Source: an uncultured Solirubrobacterales bacterium (lineage in GTDB: Bacteria; Actinomycetota; Thermoleophilia; Solirubrobacterales; Solirubrobacteraceae). From it: a stretch of DNA of 64,000 bases. The position numbers and the translations under genes are program-made. The stretch is from assembly GCA_963806475.1 (NCBI GenBank), contig CAWDYK010000013.1, positions 211,905 through 275,904 on the forward strand, in the 5' to 3' direction. The notes below the pieces were generated by a model. The model was not told the DNA's origin and did no database searches. It saw nothing but the letters and a program-made list of their open reading frames with translations. This document shows, one piece after another, positions 11,154 through 22,702 of the stretch (the first letter of the stretch is position 1; each line of letters opens with the position of its first letter).

Positions 11154-12329
11154 ATGTTGCGCCGTCCTGGCTCGATAAAGCTGATGGACGTGTTCGGGAT
11201 CCGGATCGGGGTGGACGCGGGATGGTTCCTGACCCTGTTCCTGGTGATCCTGTGGCTGTCCCCGTCGTTCCGCTCGGCGCTCGGGAGCTCTGACGGTGTC
11301 GCTTACCTCACGACCGTGATCAGCGCGTTGCTGTTCTTCGGCTCGCTGATCGCGCACGAGCTCGGCCACGCGATCGCCGCCCGCCGGCACGGCGTCGAGG
11401 TCAAGAGCATCCAACTGTTCCTGTTCGGCGGATTGACCCAGATGTCCCGAGACGCCCGCTCGCCCGGCGAGGAGTTCAAGATCGCAGCCGCGGGACCCCT
11501 CGCGACGTTCCTGATGGTGATGGTGTTCCTCGCGATCGACCTCGCGATCGTAGGCCCGAGCCTGCTGTGGGACGCCGTGCGGCTGACCCCGAACATCAAG
11601 CTGACGCCGGTGCTGCTCTCGCTCAGCTGGCTGCTGCTGATGAACGTGGTGGTGCTCGTGTTCAACCTCGTTCCGGCATTCCCGCTCGACGGCGGCCGGA
11701 TCGCCCGCGCGATCGTTTGGCGCCTAACCGGCGACAAGCGCCGGGGGACCCGTTTCGCGGCGCAGCTGGGGCAGGGGTTCGCAGTGATCCTCGCCGGCAT
11801 CGGGATCTGGCTGATCATCTCCGGCGGCGGCCTCGGCGGACTGTGGCTCATGATCCTGGCGTTCCTCCTCGGCCAGTCGGCGCGGGGGGCGCTGATCCAG
11901 TCCGCACTCTCCGAGCGGATCGAAGGCGTGCGTGTCGCCGACATCATGGACCGCCATCCGGTCGCGATCCCGTCGACGACCGCCGTCGGCGAGGCGCTCG
12001 ACAGCTACTTCCTCCGCTACGGATGGCCGTGGTTCCCGGTCGTCGACGAGGAGGGGCGCTTCGTGGGCATCTCCCGCCAGGACCGCCTCCAGGTCGCTGT
12101 CGACGCGGGCGAGGGCTGGCTGACGATCGGGGCCGTGGTCGAGACCGAGAACGCCGGTAACTGGCGGGTCGACGAGGACAGGCCGATCAGCGAGGTGCTG
12201 TCGTCCGAGTCGCTGGGCCGCCTCGGCGCGTTGATGGCGGTCGACCGTGAGGGCGTGCTGCAGGGTGTGGTGACGGTCGAGCAGGTCCGCCGTGCGCTTC
12301 AGGCGGCGCTAGGTCCGCACGCGGCCTGA
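11154..12329 (+). CDS. Site-2 protease (M50) with CBS domains
   Basis: HELGH, FNLVPAFPLDGGR, C-terminal CBS pair. Confidence 0.92.
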   Translation: MLRRPGSIKLMDVFGIRIGVDAGWFLTLFLVILWLSPSFRSALGSSDGVAYLTTVISALLFFGSLIAHELGHAIAARRHGVEVKSIQLFLFGGLTQMSRDARSPGEEFKIAAAGPLATFLMVMVFLAIDLAIVGPSLLWDAVRLTPNIKLTPVLLSLSWLLLMNVVVLVFNLVPAFPLDGGRIARAIVWRLTGDKRRGTRFAAQLGQGFAVILAGIGIWLIISGGGLGGLWLMILAFLLGQSARGALIQSALSERIEGVRVADIMDRHPVAIPSTTAVGEALDSYFLRYGWPWFPVVDEEGRFVGISRQDRLQVAVDAGEGWLTIGAVVETENAGNWRVDEDRPISEVLSSESLGRLGALMAVDREGVLQGVVTVEQVRRALQAALGPHAA

Positions 12330-12576
12330 CGCAGTCTGCCGAGTCGGCGCCGTCCCATTCGTCAAACGTAAACGACGTGTCGAGGGCCCGGGTTCCAGGA
12401 GCTCTGGGATACCAGTGCCCCTATCGAGGGGGCGACTTTGGGGCTCTGGGGGCTTCGGGTCATATGACAACCGAAATCTCCCACGACACCGCGACGGCCC
12501 CGCCGAGGAGGCGGCGCGATTCCGTCAGATGCCACCGGCAAGTCGAAAAACGGCGGCCTCAAATAGAATAACGGTG

Positions 12577-14262
12577 ATGCCCTCCCACGACGTTCTGATC
12601 ATCGGCGCCGGCCTCGCCGGCCAGCGCGCGGCGCTCGCGGCGGCTCAATCAGGGGCCACGGTCGCAATCATCTCTAAGGTCCACCCCGTCCGCTCGCACT
12701 CGGTTGCGGCCGCGGGCGGCATCAACGCGGCCCTGAATCCCGAGGACAGCTGGGAGTCGCACGCGTTCGACACGGTCAAGGGGTCGGACTACCTCGGCGA
12801 CCAGGACGCGATCGAGATCATGTGTCGCGAGGCCCCCGACGAGCTCCTGTGGCTCGAGCACGCCGGGGTCACGTTCCACCGCAGCGAGACCGGCACGCTA
12901 GGTACGCGGGCGTTCGGAGGAGCCAGCGCCGCGCGGACCTACTACGTTGCCGACATCACCGGCCACGCGATCCTGCACGTCCTCTACGAGCAGCTGATGA
13001 AGCACGGCACACAGGTGGACCGCTATGAGGAGTGGTTCACCACCGACCTGCTCCAGGATGACGAGGGCCGCTGCGTCGGCGCGATCTCCCGCAACCTCCG
13101 CGACGGCCACCTCGAGGTGTTCAACGCGAAGGCCACGATCCTCGCGACCGGCGGCGCCGGCCAGGCCTACAAGCCGACGACCAACGGCCTGATCGTCACC
13201 GGCGATGCGATCGCCCAGGCCTACCGGATCGGCGCGAAGCTGATGGACATGGAGATGGTCCAGTACCACCCGACCACGCTCGCGGGCAACGGGATCCTGA
13301 TCACGGAGGGCGCCCGCGGCGAGGGCGCCTGGCTGCTCAACGCCGAGGGCGAGCGGTTCATGGAGCGCTACGCGCCGAACAAGCTCGAGCTCGCCTCGCG
13401 CGACGTGGTCTCGCGCGCGGAGCAAACCGAGATCAACGAGGGCCGCGGCTTTTCCGACGGCACCGTCGCGCTCGACGTGACAAAGGTCCCGCGCCGGCGA
13501 ACGCTCGAGGCCTTGAGAGAGATCGTCAACATCGGCCGCGACTTCGCTGGCACCGACATCACGCGTGAGCCGATCCGCATCCGGCCGGGCCAGCACTACA
13601 TCATGGGCGGCGTCAAGACCGACATCAACGGCGAGACCCCGATCCCGGGGCTGTATGCGGCCGGCGAGGTCGCGTGCGTTTCGGTCCACGGCGGCAACCG
13701 CCTGGGCGCCAACTCGCTGCTCGACACGCTGATCTTCGGCCGGCGCTCGGGCGAGCACGCGGCGGGCCGCGCGGTGCACATGCCGATGCCGACGACGCCC
13801 CCCTCGAAGCTCGCCGACACGGAGCGCAACATCGAAGCGATCATCAACCGCGACACCGGTGGCCGGCGCGTCGCCGCGATCAAGAACGAGCTCGGCGAGA
13901 CGATGAACGAGTACGTGGCGGTGTTCCGTGAGGCCGACGGACTCGAGAAGGCGCACGAGATCGTCCGCCGGCTGAAGGAGGAGGCACCGAGGGCGGCGAT
14001 CGACGATCGCGGCACGATCTTCAACCAGGACGTGATCGGCGCGATCGAGCTCGGCTACATGCTCGACTGCGCCGAGGCGATCGTGGTCGCGGCAAAGGAA
14101 CGCAAGGAGTCGAGAGGTGCTCAGTTCCGCACCGACTTCCCGCAGCGCAACGACGACAAATGGCTCAAGCACATCGACATCTCGGTCAACGGAGCCGAGC
14201 CGGAGATCAGCTATTCGGAGGTCACGATCACGCGCTGGCAGCCTGAAGAAAGGACCTATTGA
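12577..14262 (+). CDS. sdhA: Succinate dehydrogenase/fumarate reductase flavoprotein
   Basis: GAGLAG, RSHSVAAAGG, QYHPT, ITEGARGEG, SVHGGNRLGANSL. Confidence 0.93.
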   Translation: MPSHDVLIIGAGLAGQRAALAAAQSGATVAIISKVHPVRSHSVAAAGGINAALNPEDSWESHAFDTVKGSDYLGDQDAIEIMCREAPDELLWLEHAGVTFHRSETGTLGTRAFGGASAARTYYVADITGHAILHVLYEQLMKHGTQVDRYEEWFTTDLLQDDEGRCVGAISRNLRDGHLEVFNAKATILATGGAGQAYKPTTNGLIVTGDAIAQAYRIGAKLMDMEMVQYHPTTLAGNGILITEGARGEGAWLLNAEGERFMERYAPNKLELASRDVVSRAEQTEINEGRGFSDGTVALDVTKVPRRRTLEALREIVNIGRDFAGTDITREPIRIRPGQHYIMGGVKTDINGETPIPGLYAAGEVACVSVHGGNRLGANSLLDTLIFGRRSGEHAAGRAVHMPMPTTPPSKLADTERNIEAIINRDTGGRRVAAIKNELGETMNEYVAVFREADGLEKAHEIVRRLKEEAPRAAIDDRGTIFNQDVIGAIELGYMLDCAEAIVVAAKERKESRGAQFRTDFPQRNDDKWLKHIDISVNGAEPEISYSEVTITRWQPEERTY

Positions 14263-14267
14263 TCGCC

Positions 14268-15425
14268 ATGCCCGAGTACACGTTGAAGATCCGCCGCTTC
14301 GACCCGCAGTCGGGCGAGGCCGCGTATTGGGACGAGCACAGAGTCGAGATGCCCGAGACCCAGTCGGTGCTCGACGCGATCCTGCAGGTCCGCGACGAGA
14401 AGGATGGCTCGATCGGGGTCCGCTGCTCCTGCCAGCAGGCGATCTGCGGCTCGTGCGGCGTGCGGATGAACGGCAAGCCCGGGCTCGCGTGCAACACGCA
14501 CCTCGGGGAGGCGGCCAGGCGCGGCCACGGCACGGGTTGGAACCCGCCCGACGAGGGCCAGCAGGCGCCGGTGATCACGGTCGAGCCGATGGGCAACATG
14601 CCCGTGATCCGCGATCTGATCGTCGACATGGACGCGGTCCATTGGAAGAAGATCCAGCGGGTGACGCCGTGGCTGATCAACAAGCAGCCGGTCCCCGAGC
14701 GCGAGTACATCGTACCCCACGAGAACATGGTCGACGTGACCCAGACGATGGCCTGCATCCAGTGCGGCGCGTGCGTGTCGGATTGCCTGGCGATGGAGGT
14801 CGACCCGCTGTTCGTCGGCCCGGCTGCGCTCGCCAAGGCCTACCGGTTCGTCGGCGACCCCCGCGACGCCGAGCAGTACGAGCGGCTGAAGGACCTGAGC
14901 GAGGACGAGCACGGGATCTACGACTGCACCCACTGCTTCAACTGCATCGACGCGTGCCCGAAGGGCGTCGATCCGATGAGCCAGATCATGCGCCTGCGGC
15001 GGAAGGCGGGCTCCGATCACCACATCAACGACCGCAACAACGGCTATCGCCACGAGCACGCGTTCGTCAACAACATCCGTAGGAACGGCATCCTCCACGA
15101 GTCCGACCTGCTGGCGGACTCCTACGGCGGCAAGCTCAACCCGAACGCGGGCCGCGAGCTGGTCAGCGGCCTGCCGATGGCGGTCAAGGGACTCAGCCGC
15201 GGCAAGATGACGCCGAAGACCATGCTGCTTCACCCCCACAAGGCGCCAAAGGAAGTTAAGCGGCTGTTCGACGAGATCGAGGGACGCCAGGAGCGAGTGG
15301 AGCTGAACCTGTACGTCACCGGCTACGAGGACGAGCCCGAGCCGGCGGCGGCCGCCGAGCGCGAGCCGGCGGCCGAGCGATCGGCTCCGCAGCCGGATCA
15401 GCCCACTGAAAGAGAGAAGTCATGA
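14268..15425 (+). CDS. sdhB: Succinate dehydrogenase Fe-S subunit with C-terminal extension
   Basis: [34 protein letters not shown]. Confidence 0.92.
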   Translation: MPEYTLKIRRFDPQSGEAAYWDEHRVEMPETQSVLDAILQVRDEKDGSIGVRCSCQQAICGSCGVRMNGKPGLACNTHLGEAARRGHGTGWNPPDEGQQAPVITVEPMGNMPVIRDLIVDMDAVHWKKIQRVTPWLINKQPVPEREYIVPHENMVDVTQTMACIQCGACVSDCLAMEVDPLFVGPAALAKAYRFVGDPRDAEQYERLKDLSEDEHGIYDCTHCFNCIDACPKGVDPMSQIMRLRRKAGSDHHINDRNNGYRHEHAFVNNIRRNGILHESDLLADSYGGKLNPNAGRELVSGLPMAVKGLSRGKMTPKTMLLHPHKAPKEVKRLFDEIEGRQERVELNLYVTGYEDEPEPAAAAEREPAAERSAPQPDQPTEREKS

Positions 15426-16327
15426 AGGTCGCCTACTGGCCCGGGTGCGTGAGCCGCGGGTTCACCCCGGAGCTGCACGGATCGATGGCGAAGGTAGCGC
15501 CGCTGCTCGACATCGAGCTGATCGAGCTCGACCGCGCCGCCTGCTGCGGCGCCGGCGTCATCGCAGAGCACAACCAGGAGCTCGCGGACACGCTCAACGC
15601 GCGGACGTTCGCGCTCGCGCAGCGGACCGACGGCGCACTGATGATGAACATTTGCTCGACCTGCCAGGGCGCCCAGTCGGAGTGCCAGGAGCGCCTGGAC
15701 GCGAACAGCGAGTATCGCGAGCGGATCAACCACAACCTGTCTCAAGAGGGGCTCAGCTACGAGAAAGGCTTGACCAACAAGAACTTCCTATGGCTGCTCG
15801 TCGAGGAGCTCGGACTCGACGCGCTGAAGGCGAAGGTCAAGCGGCCGCTCACCGACCTGCGCGTCGGGCCGTTCTACGGCTGCTATATCGTCCGCCCCGT
15901 CGATCGGCTCCATATCGACGAGGAGCACCCGCGCGACCGCTACCTGCACATGGTGATCGAGGCCCTAGGCGGCACCGTGATCGACTACGCCGGCGTCTAC
16001 AAGTGCTGCGGTTTCCCGATCATCACGATGAACAAGCAGGCATCGCTCACCCAGGCGGGACGCCACCTCGGTGACGCGATCGACGCCGAGGCGGACTGCC
16101 TCGTCGTCCCCTGCCCCTTGTGCCACCTGAATCTCGACCTGCAGCAGCCGCCCGCGGCGAAGGTCGTGGGCCGCGAGCTCGGGATGCCCGTGCTCCACCT
16201 GCCCCAGCTAGTGGGACTTGCGCTCGGCCTCGAGCCCAAGGAGCTCGGGATGACCAAGCACATAATTCGCCCGACGTCGGTGATCGACTGGTCAACGTCG
16301 GTGGTAGCGGGCGCCGCGGCCGCTTGA
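15422..16327 (+). CDS. CCG-domain (HdrB-like) succinate dehydrogenase anchor subunit
   Basis: YWPGC, ACCGAG, FYGC, KCCG, PCPLC; overlaps the sdhB stop. Confidence 0.88.
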   Translation: MKVAYWPGCVSRGFTPELHGSMAKVAPLLDIELIELDRAACCGAGVIAEHNQELADTLNARTFALAQRTDGALMMNICSTCQGAQSECQERLDANSEYRERINHNLSQEGLSYEKGLTNKNFLWLLVEELGLDALKAKVKRPLTDLRVGPFYGCYIVRPVDRLHIDEEHPRDRYLHMVIEALGGTVIDYAGVYKCCGFPIITMNKQASLTQAGRHLGDAIDAEADCLVVPCPLCHLNLDLQQPPAAKVVGRELGMPVLHLPQLVGLALGLEPKELGMTKHIIRPTSVIDWSTSVVAGAAAA

Positions 16328-16497
16328 TCGGCAGGCTGCGCCGGATGCTGTCCTCAGCGTTCGGCCGGCACGAGCCGTCCGGTGAGCTCGCGACCGCCGG
16401 CGGTCCGCAGGCACGGCGGCGGCGCGAGGACTCCGAGCCGCGAATCGACGCCGCTCGGCGAAGGCTGAAGGCGACGATCCCGCCGCCGGAGGACTGA
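16324..16497 (+). CDS. Small hypothetical protein (57 aa) coupled to the sdh operon
   Basis: TTG overlaps the preceding TGA; MIGRLRRML...[18 protein letters not shown]. Confidence 0.4.
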   Translation: MIGRLRRMLSSAFGRHEPSGELATAGGPQARRRREDSEPRIDAARRRLKATIPPPED

Positions 16498-16564
16498 CCC
16501 GACGCCACCATAAGCTACCGCGAGACTGCTGGGGATCGCGGCCGAGGAGTTTCGCGACGTCCGC

Positions 16565-17074
16565 GTGAGCGTCGAGCATGTGTGGCACGCCGACGGCGCC
16601 CGGTTGACGGAGATGTTCGACGCGCACACCGACCCGCTGCGGCCGCTCAGGGCGTGGATCGCGGAACGCGCTCGGCAGGCAGATCGGCCGGACGCCGTCG
16701 TGCGCGCGGCGGTGCAGCGGCTCCGGAGCCAGGCGCGCACGGGCACCGACCTCTCGATCGGACGGCTCGCCGATCAGCTCGCGGTCAGCGAGCGGCAGCT
16801 CCGGCGGCGGGTCGTCAGCGCGGTCGGCTACGGCCCCAAGCGGCTGGCGCGGGTGTTCCGGCTCTACGAGGCGCTCGAGGCGGCTCGCACAGACGACCTT
16901 GCGCGCGCCGCTCACGACGCGGGCTACGTCGACCAGGCGCACTTCGCGAACGAGTGCCGGGAGCTCGGGGGCGCCCCCGCCACCGTCATCCTGAGCGGCT
17001 GGACCGAGCGTGACCGTTTTCTACAAGACACGCCCGCCCACGGGCGCAACGATATCCGCCATGAACGCTCCTGA
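16565..17074 (+). CDS. AraC-family regulator (probably 5'-truncated)
   Basis: SERQLRRR...GYGPKRLARV...AGYVDQAHFANEC. Confidence 0.8.
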   Translation: MSVEHVWHADGARLTEMFDAHTDPLRPLRAWIAERARQADRPDAVVRAAVQRLRSQARTGTDLSIGRLADQLAVSERQLRRRVVSAVGYGPKRLARVFRLYEALEAARTDDLARAAHDAGYVDQAHFANECRELGGAPATVILSGWTERDRFLQDTPAHGRNDIRHERS

Positions 17075-17471
17075 CATCCACATGACGCTCGGCTGGGTCA
17101 TCGCCTACGTCGACGACCCGCCGGCCACGAGCACCTTCTATCAGCAGACGTTCGGCCTCCGCAATGATTTTGCCGCGCCCGACGGCTCATACGCTCAGCT
17201 CGGTACGGGCGCCACGAAGCTGGCGTTCGCCTCCTACGCCCTCGGCGAGAAGAACTTCGAGAACGGCGTGCGCCGGGCCGACACGAACGGCCAGCCTCCT
17301 CCGAACGTCGAGATCGTGCTCGTCCACGATGACGTCGACTCCGCGTACGGAACGGCGCTCGACGCCGGGTGCGCGGCGCTCGCACCGCCCGAGGACAAGC
17401 CCCACGGCCAGCGCGTCGCGTGGGTCCGCGACCCGTTCGGGAACCTCCTCGAGCTCGCGACCCCGCTGTAA
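17061..17471 (+). CDS. VOC/glyoxalase family protein
   Basis: FYQQTFGL, PPEDKPHGQRVAWVRDPFGNLLEL. Confidence 0.9.
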   Translation: MNAPDIHMTLGWVIAYVDDPPATSTFYQQTFGLRNDFAAPDGSYAQLGTGATKLAFASYALGEKNFENGVRRADTNGQPPPNVEIVLVHDDVDSAYGTALDAGCAALAPPEDKPHGQRVAWVRDPFGNLLELATPL

Positions 17472-17588
17472 CGGCCGGGGAGTGGCGCGAGGCGAACCTG
17501 TCTGCGCGGGGTGATCCGCACTCCCTACTCAGCGACGACCGCCACGCGCGAGCGCTTTCCGTCGGGCCGTGCCCGTAGCCTTCGCACT

Positions 17589-18173
17589 ATGGGATCACGC
17601 AACGGAAGAACCTCCAGAGTGCTCCAGGTGAAGGTGGTCCTCCTCGGCGTCTCAAAGCCTCCTGTCTGGCGGCGGCTGCTGGTACCCGCCAGCATCCATC
17701 TCGACGACTTCCATGACGTCATCCAGGCGTCGATGGGCTGGACGGACATGCATCTGCACTCGTTCACCGCCGGCCGAGACGAGTTCGGCCCCTCGGATCC
17801 GATGAGCGACGCCGAGGACGAGAGCCGGGTGACGCTCAAGCGCCTGCTCCGCGAGATCGGCGACCGGATCCGGTACACGTACGACTTTGGCGACAACTGG
17901 GAGCACGAGATCACGCTCGAGGCGGTCGTACCGGCCCAGCCGACCGGGCTGCGCCCGGCCTGCATCGCCGGCAGAGGCTCGTGTCCGCCGGAGGACTGCG
18001 GCGGACCCTGGGGCTATGCGGACCTGCGCGAGGCACTGGCCGACCCGGCTCACGAACTGCACGCTGACTCGCTCGAGTGGCTAGGGCTCGATCACGCATC
18101 TGAGTTCGAGCCCGCCCGGTTCGATCTCGACGAGGCCAACCACGCGCTGGGCGTTCTCGGCGCCGTGCGGTAG
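17589..18173 (+). CDS. pRiA4b ORF-3 family protein
   Basis: PPVWRRLLVP, HLHSF, YTYDFGDNWEH, CPPEDCGG. Confidence 0.92.
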   Translation: MGSRNGRTSRVLQVKVVLLGVSKPPVWRRLLVPASIHLDDFHDVIQASMGWTDMHLHSFTAGRDEFGPSDPMSDAEDESRVTLKRLLREIGDRIRYTYDFGDNWEHEITLEAVVPAQPTGLRPACIAGRGSCPPEDCGGPWGYADLREALADPAHELHADSLEWLGLDHASEFEPARFDLDEANHALGVLGAVR

Positions 18174-18183
18174 CCTCGTCTGC

Positions 18184-18734
18184 ATGCCGATCGGAGCGGC
18201 GCAGGTCACGGCCGAGGAGCTATGGATGCTGCCGGATGACGGGATGCGGCGCGAGCTGGTCCGTGGGCGCTTGCGAGTGATGACGCCGGCGGGATTCGAG
18301 CACGGTCGTATTGCGGCTACCGTCGGCATTCTGCTCGGCATGCACGTCCGTGGGACGGGATGCGGGTGACGCTCGGCGCCGAGACGGGATTCGTGCTCGC
18401 GCGGGACCCCGATACCGTGCGCGCACCCGATGCCGCGTTCGTCTCCCTGGAGCGAGCCGCGGCGGTTGGCCGCACCGTGAAGTACTGGCCGGGCGCCCCC
18501 GACCTGGCGGTGGAGGTCGTCTCACCGGACGACAGCTTCCGGGAGGTCGAGGAGAAGGCGCGCGACTGGCTGCCGGCCGGCACCGTGGCCGTGCTCGTGC
18601 TCGACCCCGAGCGACGGACTGCGACGGTCTACCGCAGCTCGGGCGATGCTCGCGTCCATACGCAGGCCGAAACGCTCGACCTGCGCGACGCGGTTGCCGG
18701 CTGGAGCGTCGCGGTGAGTGAGCTGTTCGCCTGA
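18184..18734 (+). CDS. Uma2 family endonuclease (frameshift near 18355)
   Basis: RELVRG..MTPAGFEHG then VRAPDAAFV..APDLAVEVVSP. Confidence 0.85.
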
Positions 18735-18736
18735 AC

Positions 18737-19195
18737 ATGGCTTTGACCGAGGTCGAGCTGTGGACCGACGGGGCGTGCTCGGGCAATCCAGGGCCGGGCG
18801 GGTGGGCGGCGCTCCTGCGTACCGGCACACACGAGCGCGTCCTCTCCGGTGGCGAGCCCGAGACGACCAGCAACCGCATGGAGCTGACCAGCGTCATCCA
18901 CGGTTTGAGGGCGCTCAAACGGCCCTGCCGAGTACGGGTGCACGTTGACTCGAGCTACGTCAAGAACGCGTTCACGAACGGCTGGCTGACTCGGTGGCAG
19001 CGCAACGGGTGGGTGAGCTCCGAAAAGCAGCCGGTCAAGAATCGAGAACTGTGGCAGGAGCTGCTGGTGGCGGTCGCGCGCCATGAGATCGAGTGGGTGA
19101 AGGTCCTCGGCCATAATGGCGTGGAGCTCAACGAGCGCGTCGACTGCCTCGCGTGCGCCGAGCGCGATCGCCACGCTCAGCGCGCGAGCGTGTAG
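18737..19195 (+). CDS. rnhA: Ribonuclease HI
   Basis: WTDGACSGNPGPGGW, NRMEL, DSSYV, VKNRELW. Confidence 0.95.
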   Translation: MALTEVELWTDGACSGNPGPGGWAALLRTGTHERVLSGGEPETTSNRMELTSVIHGLRALKRPCRVRVHVDSSYVKNAFTNGWLTRWQRNGWVSSEKQPVKNRELWQELLVAVARHEIEWVKVLGHNGVELNERVDCLACAERDRHAQRASV

Positions 19196-19275
19196 GGACC
19201 GCGTTGGGACGGGGTACCAAGCCCGTGGCCCCGTGAGGCGGCCCTGGCGTCCGACCCAACCTGCATGCTGCCGGG

Positions 19276-19500
19276 ATGGAGCAGCCGGGCCTGAGCCGCT
19301 ACAGGACCTGGCAGGCGCGGCTCGAGGATCTGTGGGACCGCGCCGTCCAGTTCCTTGACACATTCGGGTTCGCCGAGGACGTGCGTACGCCGTGGGTCGC
19401 GCTCCACCACGCGTACGTGTTCGACGATCGAGCGCCGCACGACAGCAAGCACTGCGGGCTGTGCCTGGCAAGGCCCGACGCCGCGGGCGCTTTCACCTGA
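19276..19500 (+). CDS. Small hypothetical protein
   Basis: 74-aa ORF with HH...HCGLC, possible metal site. Confidence 0.4.
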   Translation: MEQPGLSRYRTWQARLEDLWDRAVQFLDTFGFAEDVRTPWVALHHAYVFDDRAPHDSKHCGLCLARPDAAGAFT

Positions 19501-20576
19501 CGCGGTTGCGCCCGAGCGAGTTCGGTTCGGCCCGGTGCCGCCAGCGTGCGGGAGACCGTTCCGGCGTCCGTCGCTCAATCGATGGCCGGGCATCCAGCCC
19601 GTCCTTTGCGAGCAGCTCGGCGATCTGGACCGCGTTGGTCCCAGCGCCCTTCCGCAGGTTGTCGCTCACGATCCACATGCTGAGGGCACGTGGGTGCGAC
19701 TCGTCCCGCCGCAGCCGGCCTACGAACACTTCGTCCCGGCCGGCCGCACGCAACGGCGTCGGCACGTCCTCCATCGCGATACCCGGCGCTGCGCCGAGCA
19801 GCTCACGAGCGCGCTCGACCGACAGCGGTGCGCGCGTCTGCACGTTGACCGCCTCCGAGTGCGAGATCCGTACGGGTACGCGAACACACGTGACGGCCAC
19901 GCCGATCGACTGGTCCTCAAGGATCTTGTGCGTCTCGAACATCATCTTGCGCTCCTCATCGGTGTGATCGTCGCCGTCTGCGAACGATCCGGCCGCCCCG
20001 ATCACGTTGAAGCCGATCGGCTCGGGGTACACCTCGGGCGCAGGCATCTCCATCCCGTGCAGCGACGCATAGGCCTGCGCCTCGAGCTCGTCCACAGCCT
20101 TCTTGCCGGTGCCGGACACCGATTGGTAGGTCGCGACGACCAGCCGCTCGATCCCCACCGCGCGGTGAATCGGCGCGAGCGCCACGACCATCTGCATCGT
20201 CGAGCAGTTGGGGTTCGCGATCAGGCCGTGATGGTTCTGCAGGCGCCTGCGGGTTGACCTCGGAGACCACGAGCGGGACGTCCGGATCGCGACGGAACGC
20301 CGAGGAGTTGTCGATCACCGTCGCACCGGCGTCGACGAACCGATGCGCCCACGCTTGCGAGGTCGATGCGCCCGCCGAGAACAGCGCAATGTCAAAGCCG
20401 CCGATGTCGGCGTCGCCGGTGAGCGCCTGGACCGTGAGCCCGCCCACCCTGAGCCCGGCTGAGCGCTCGGAGGCGAATGGCACGATCTCATCGGCCGGGA
20501 AGCCGCGCTCACGGAGGAGCCCCAGCATGATCCTGCCGACGGCCCCCGTGGCGCCCACGACAGCAATCCGGGTCAT
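19493..20576 (-). CDS. asd: Aspartate-semialdehyde dehydrogenase (frameshift near 20240)
   Basis: VVGATGAVG, DNSSAFR, ANPNCSTMQ, YQSVSG, DNLRKGA. Confidence 0.93.
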
Positions 20577-21844
20577 CGCGCCTCCTCTCCGAACGGGCGC
20601 TCGGGTTGGATCCCGCCCGCGCCGAGCTCGAACGCATCGTGCAGCGCCCGGGTTGCCGCCGGCACGGCGTCGGCCCGGATCACGCACGAGATCTTGATCG
20701 GCGAGGTCGAGATCATCTCGATGTTGATGCCGTGGTACGCCAGCGTGTCGAACACCTTCGCGGCGACGCCTGGGTGCGAGCGCATCCCGGCCCCGATGAT
20801 CGATACCTTGCCGATCTCTGGGTCCTTATCGAGCTGCGCGACTCCCAGCTCCGCCACCACCGGCTCGAGCGCCTGGTCCACAGCGCGCAGGTCGTCGCTC
20901 GAGATCGTGAACGACACCTCCGCGTCGCGGCCGCCGCCGAGCGGCTTGTTCTGGATGATCGTGTCGACGTTGCAGCCGGCGTCCGAGAGCGCCCCAAAGA
21001 TCGCCGCCGCGGCGCCCGGCCGGTCGGGCACGCCCAGCAGCGTGATCCGCGCTTCCTCGGTCGAATGCGTGACCGCCGTGATCAGAGGGTGTTCCATCGT
21101 TTCGTCCTCTCCTAGGACAACGGTACCGGGGCCATCATCGAAGCTCGAGCGGCAGTGGATCCGCACGCCGTGGGTGCGGGCGTATTCGACCGACCGCAGC
21201 TGCAGGACCTTCGCGCCGGACGCTGCCATCTCGAGCATCTCCTCGAAGCTCACGTACGGCAGCTTGCGCGCGCCGGGTACGATCCGCGGGTCGGCGGTGA
21301 ACACACCGGCGACATCGGTGTAGATCTCACACACGTCCGCCTCGATCGCGGCCGCCACCGCCACCGCGGTCGTGTCCGATCCGCCCCGGCCGAGCGTCGT
21401 GACGTCGCGACTCGTCGAGACTCCCTGAAAGCCCGCTACCAGCACGACCAGGTCCTCGCTCAGGGCCTGCCGGATCCGCTCGGCGCGCACGTCCAGGATC
21501 CGGGCCTTCGTGTGCGACGTATCGGTGACGATGCCAGCCTGCGATCCCGTCAGGGAGATCGCGCGGTGACCGAGGTCATTGATTGCCATCGCGCACAGCG
21601 CGCACGAGATCCGCTCGCCGGTCGAGAGCAGCATGTCCATCTCACGCGGATCGGGCGTGGACGAGACCTCTTCCGCCATCGCAGTCAATTCATCAGTCGT
21701 CTGACCACGTGCCGAGAGTACCGCCACGATCCGCCGGCCCGCCTCGTGCTGGGCGACGATCCGGCGGGCGGCGCGCTTGATCCGCTCGGCGTCGGCGACC
21801 GACGTGCCGCCGAACTTCATCACAACCGTCCCGGAGAAGGGCAT
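20573..21844 (-). CDS. lysC: Aspartate kinase
   Basis: VMKFGGTSV, TTLGRGGSDTTA, two ACT domains. Confidence 0.96.
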   Translation of the reverse strand: MPFSGTVVMKFGGTSVADAERIKRAARRIVAQHEAGRRIVAVLSARGQTTDELTAMAEEVSSTPDPREMDMLLSTGERISCALCAMAINDLGHRAISLTGSQAGIVTDTSHTKARILDVRAERIRQALSEDLVVLVAGFQGVSTSRDVTTLGRGGSDTTAVAVAAAIEADVCEIYTDVAGVFTADPRIVPGARKLPYVSFEEMLEMAASGAKVLQLRSVEYARTHGVRIHCRSSFDDGPGTVVLGEDETMEHPLITAVTHSTEEARITLLGVPDRPGAAAAIFGALSDAGCNVDTIIQNKPLGGGRDAEVSFTISSDDLRAVDQALEPVVAELGVAQLDKDPEIGKVSIIGAGMRSHPGVAAKVFDTLAYHGINIEMISTSPIKISCVIRADAVPAATRALHDAFELGAGGIQPERPFGEEAR

Positions 21845-21949
21845 CGCGCACGCAGGTTACGCAAGAGCTCGCGCCGGCGTAGCGGCGCCCCCGATAGCGG
21901 CATAGCCGTGCGGCTGGGCCCGCCGGCGGACCCCGGCGCCGCGACGCGG

Positions 21950-22702
21950 CTACTCCCCGCCGACCGCCACCTGCCCCGTCCGTGGCAAATGTCGCCAGCC
22001 CGAGCGCACACCCTGCAGCGCGCTCACCGACGACTCGATGATCACGAGATACATCAACTGGCGGTAGACGAACTGCTGCACCGGCAGGGCCCACAACGGC
22101 CGCAGCGGCTCGCGATCGAGCTTGAACCCGTACACGGCGATCAGCAGCTGCACGAAGTTGAACGCACCCCACACAATCAGCGTCCTGACAGCCCCGGTGA
22201 ACACGAGGCTGTAAACGGCGAACAGGTCGATCAGCGGCGCCACCGCGGGCAGCGCAATCTGGAACATCAGCATGTACGGCAGCGCCCGGCGGCCGAGCCG
22301 GCGCTGGCGGCGGTCGCGGGAGACGACCGCACCGCGGTGCTTGAACACGGCTTGCATCGTCCCGAACGACCACCGATAGCGCTGGCGCCACAACGCCCTC
22401 AGGCTCGCCGGCGCCTCCGTCCATGCCCGTGCGTCCTCGGCATAGACGACGCGCCGTCCGGTCCGTCCAATCGCAAGCGTCAGGTCCGTGTCCTCCGCCA
22501 GCGTGTCGCCGGGCACTCCACCCACGTCGGCGAGCACATCGCGGCGGAATGCGCCGACCGCCCCCGGCACAGTCGGCGTGCACTGAAGGACGTCGTACAT
22601 ACGTCGGTCGAGGTTGAAGCCGATCACGTACTCGATGTGCTGCCAGCGACCGAGCAGCCCGCGCCGGTTGCCGACCTTCGTGTTGCCTGAGACAGCGGCC
22701 AC
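21950..22702 (-). pseudogene. GT2 glycosyltransferase (PgaC/IcaA-like), C-terminal half only
   Basis: AVSGNTKVGNR, TLAEDTD, WRQRYRW present; N-terminal DxD half missing. Confidence 0.75.
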
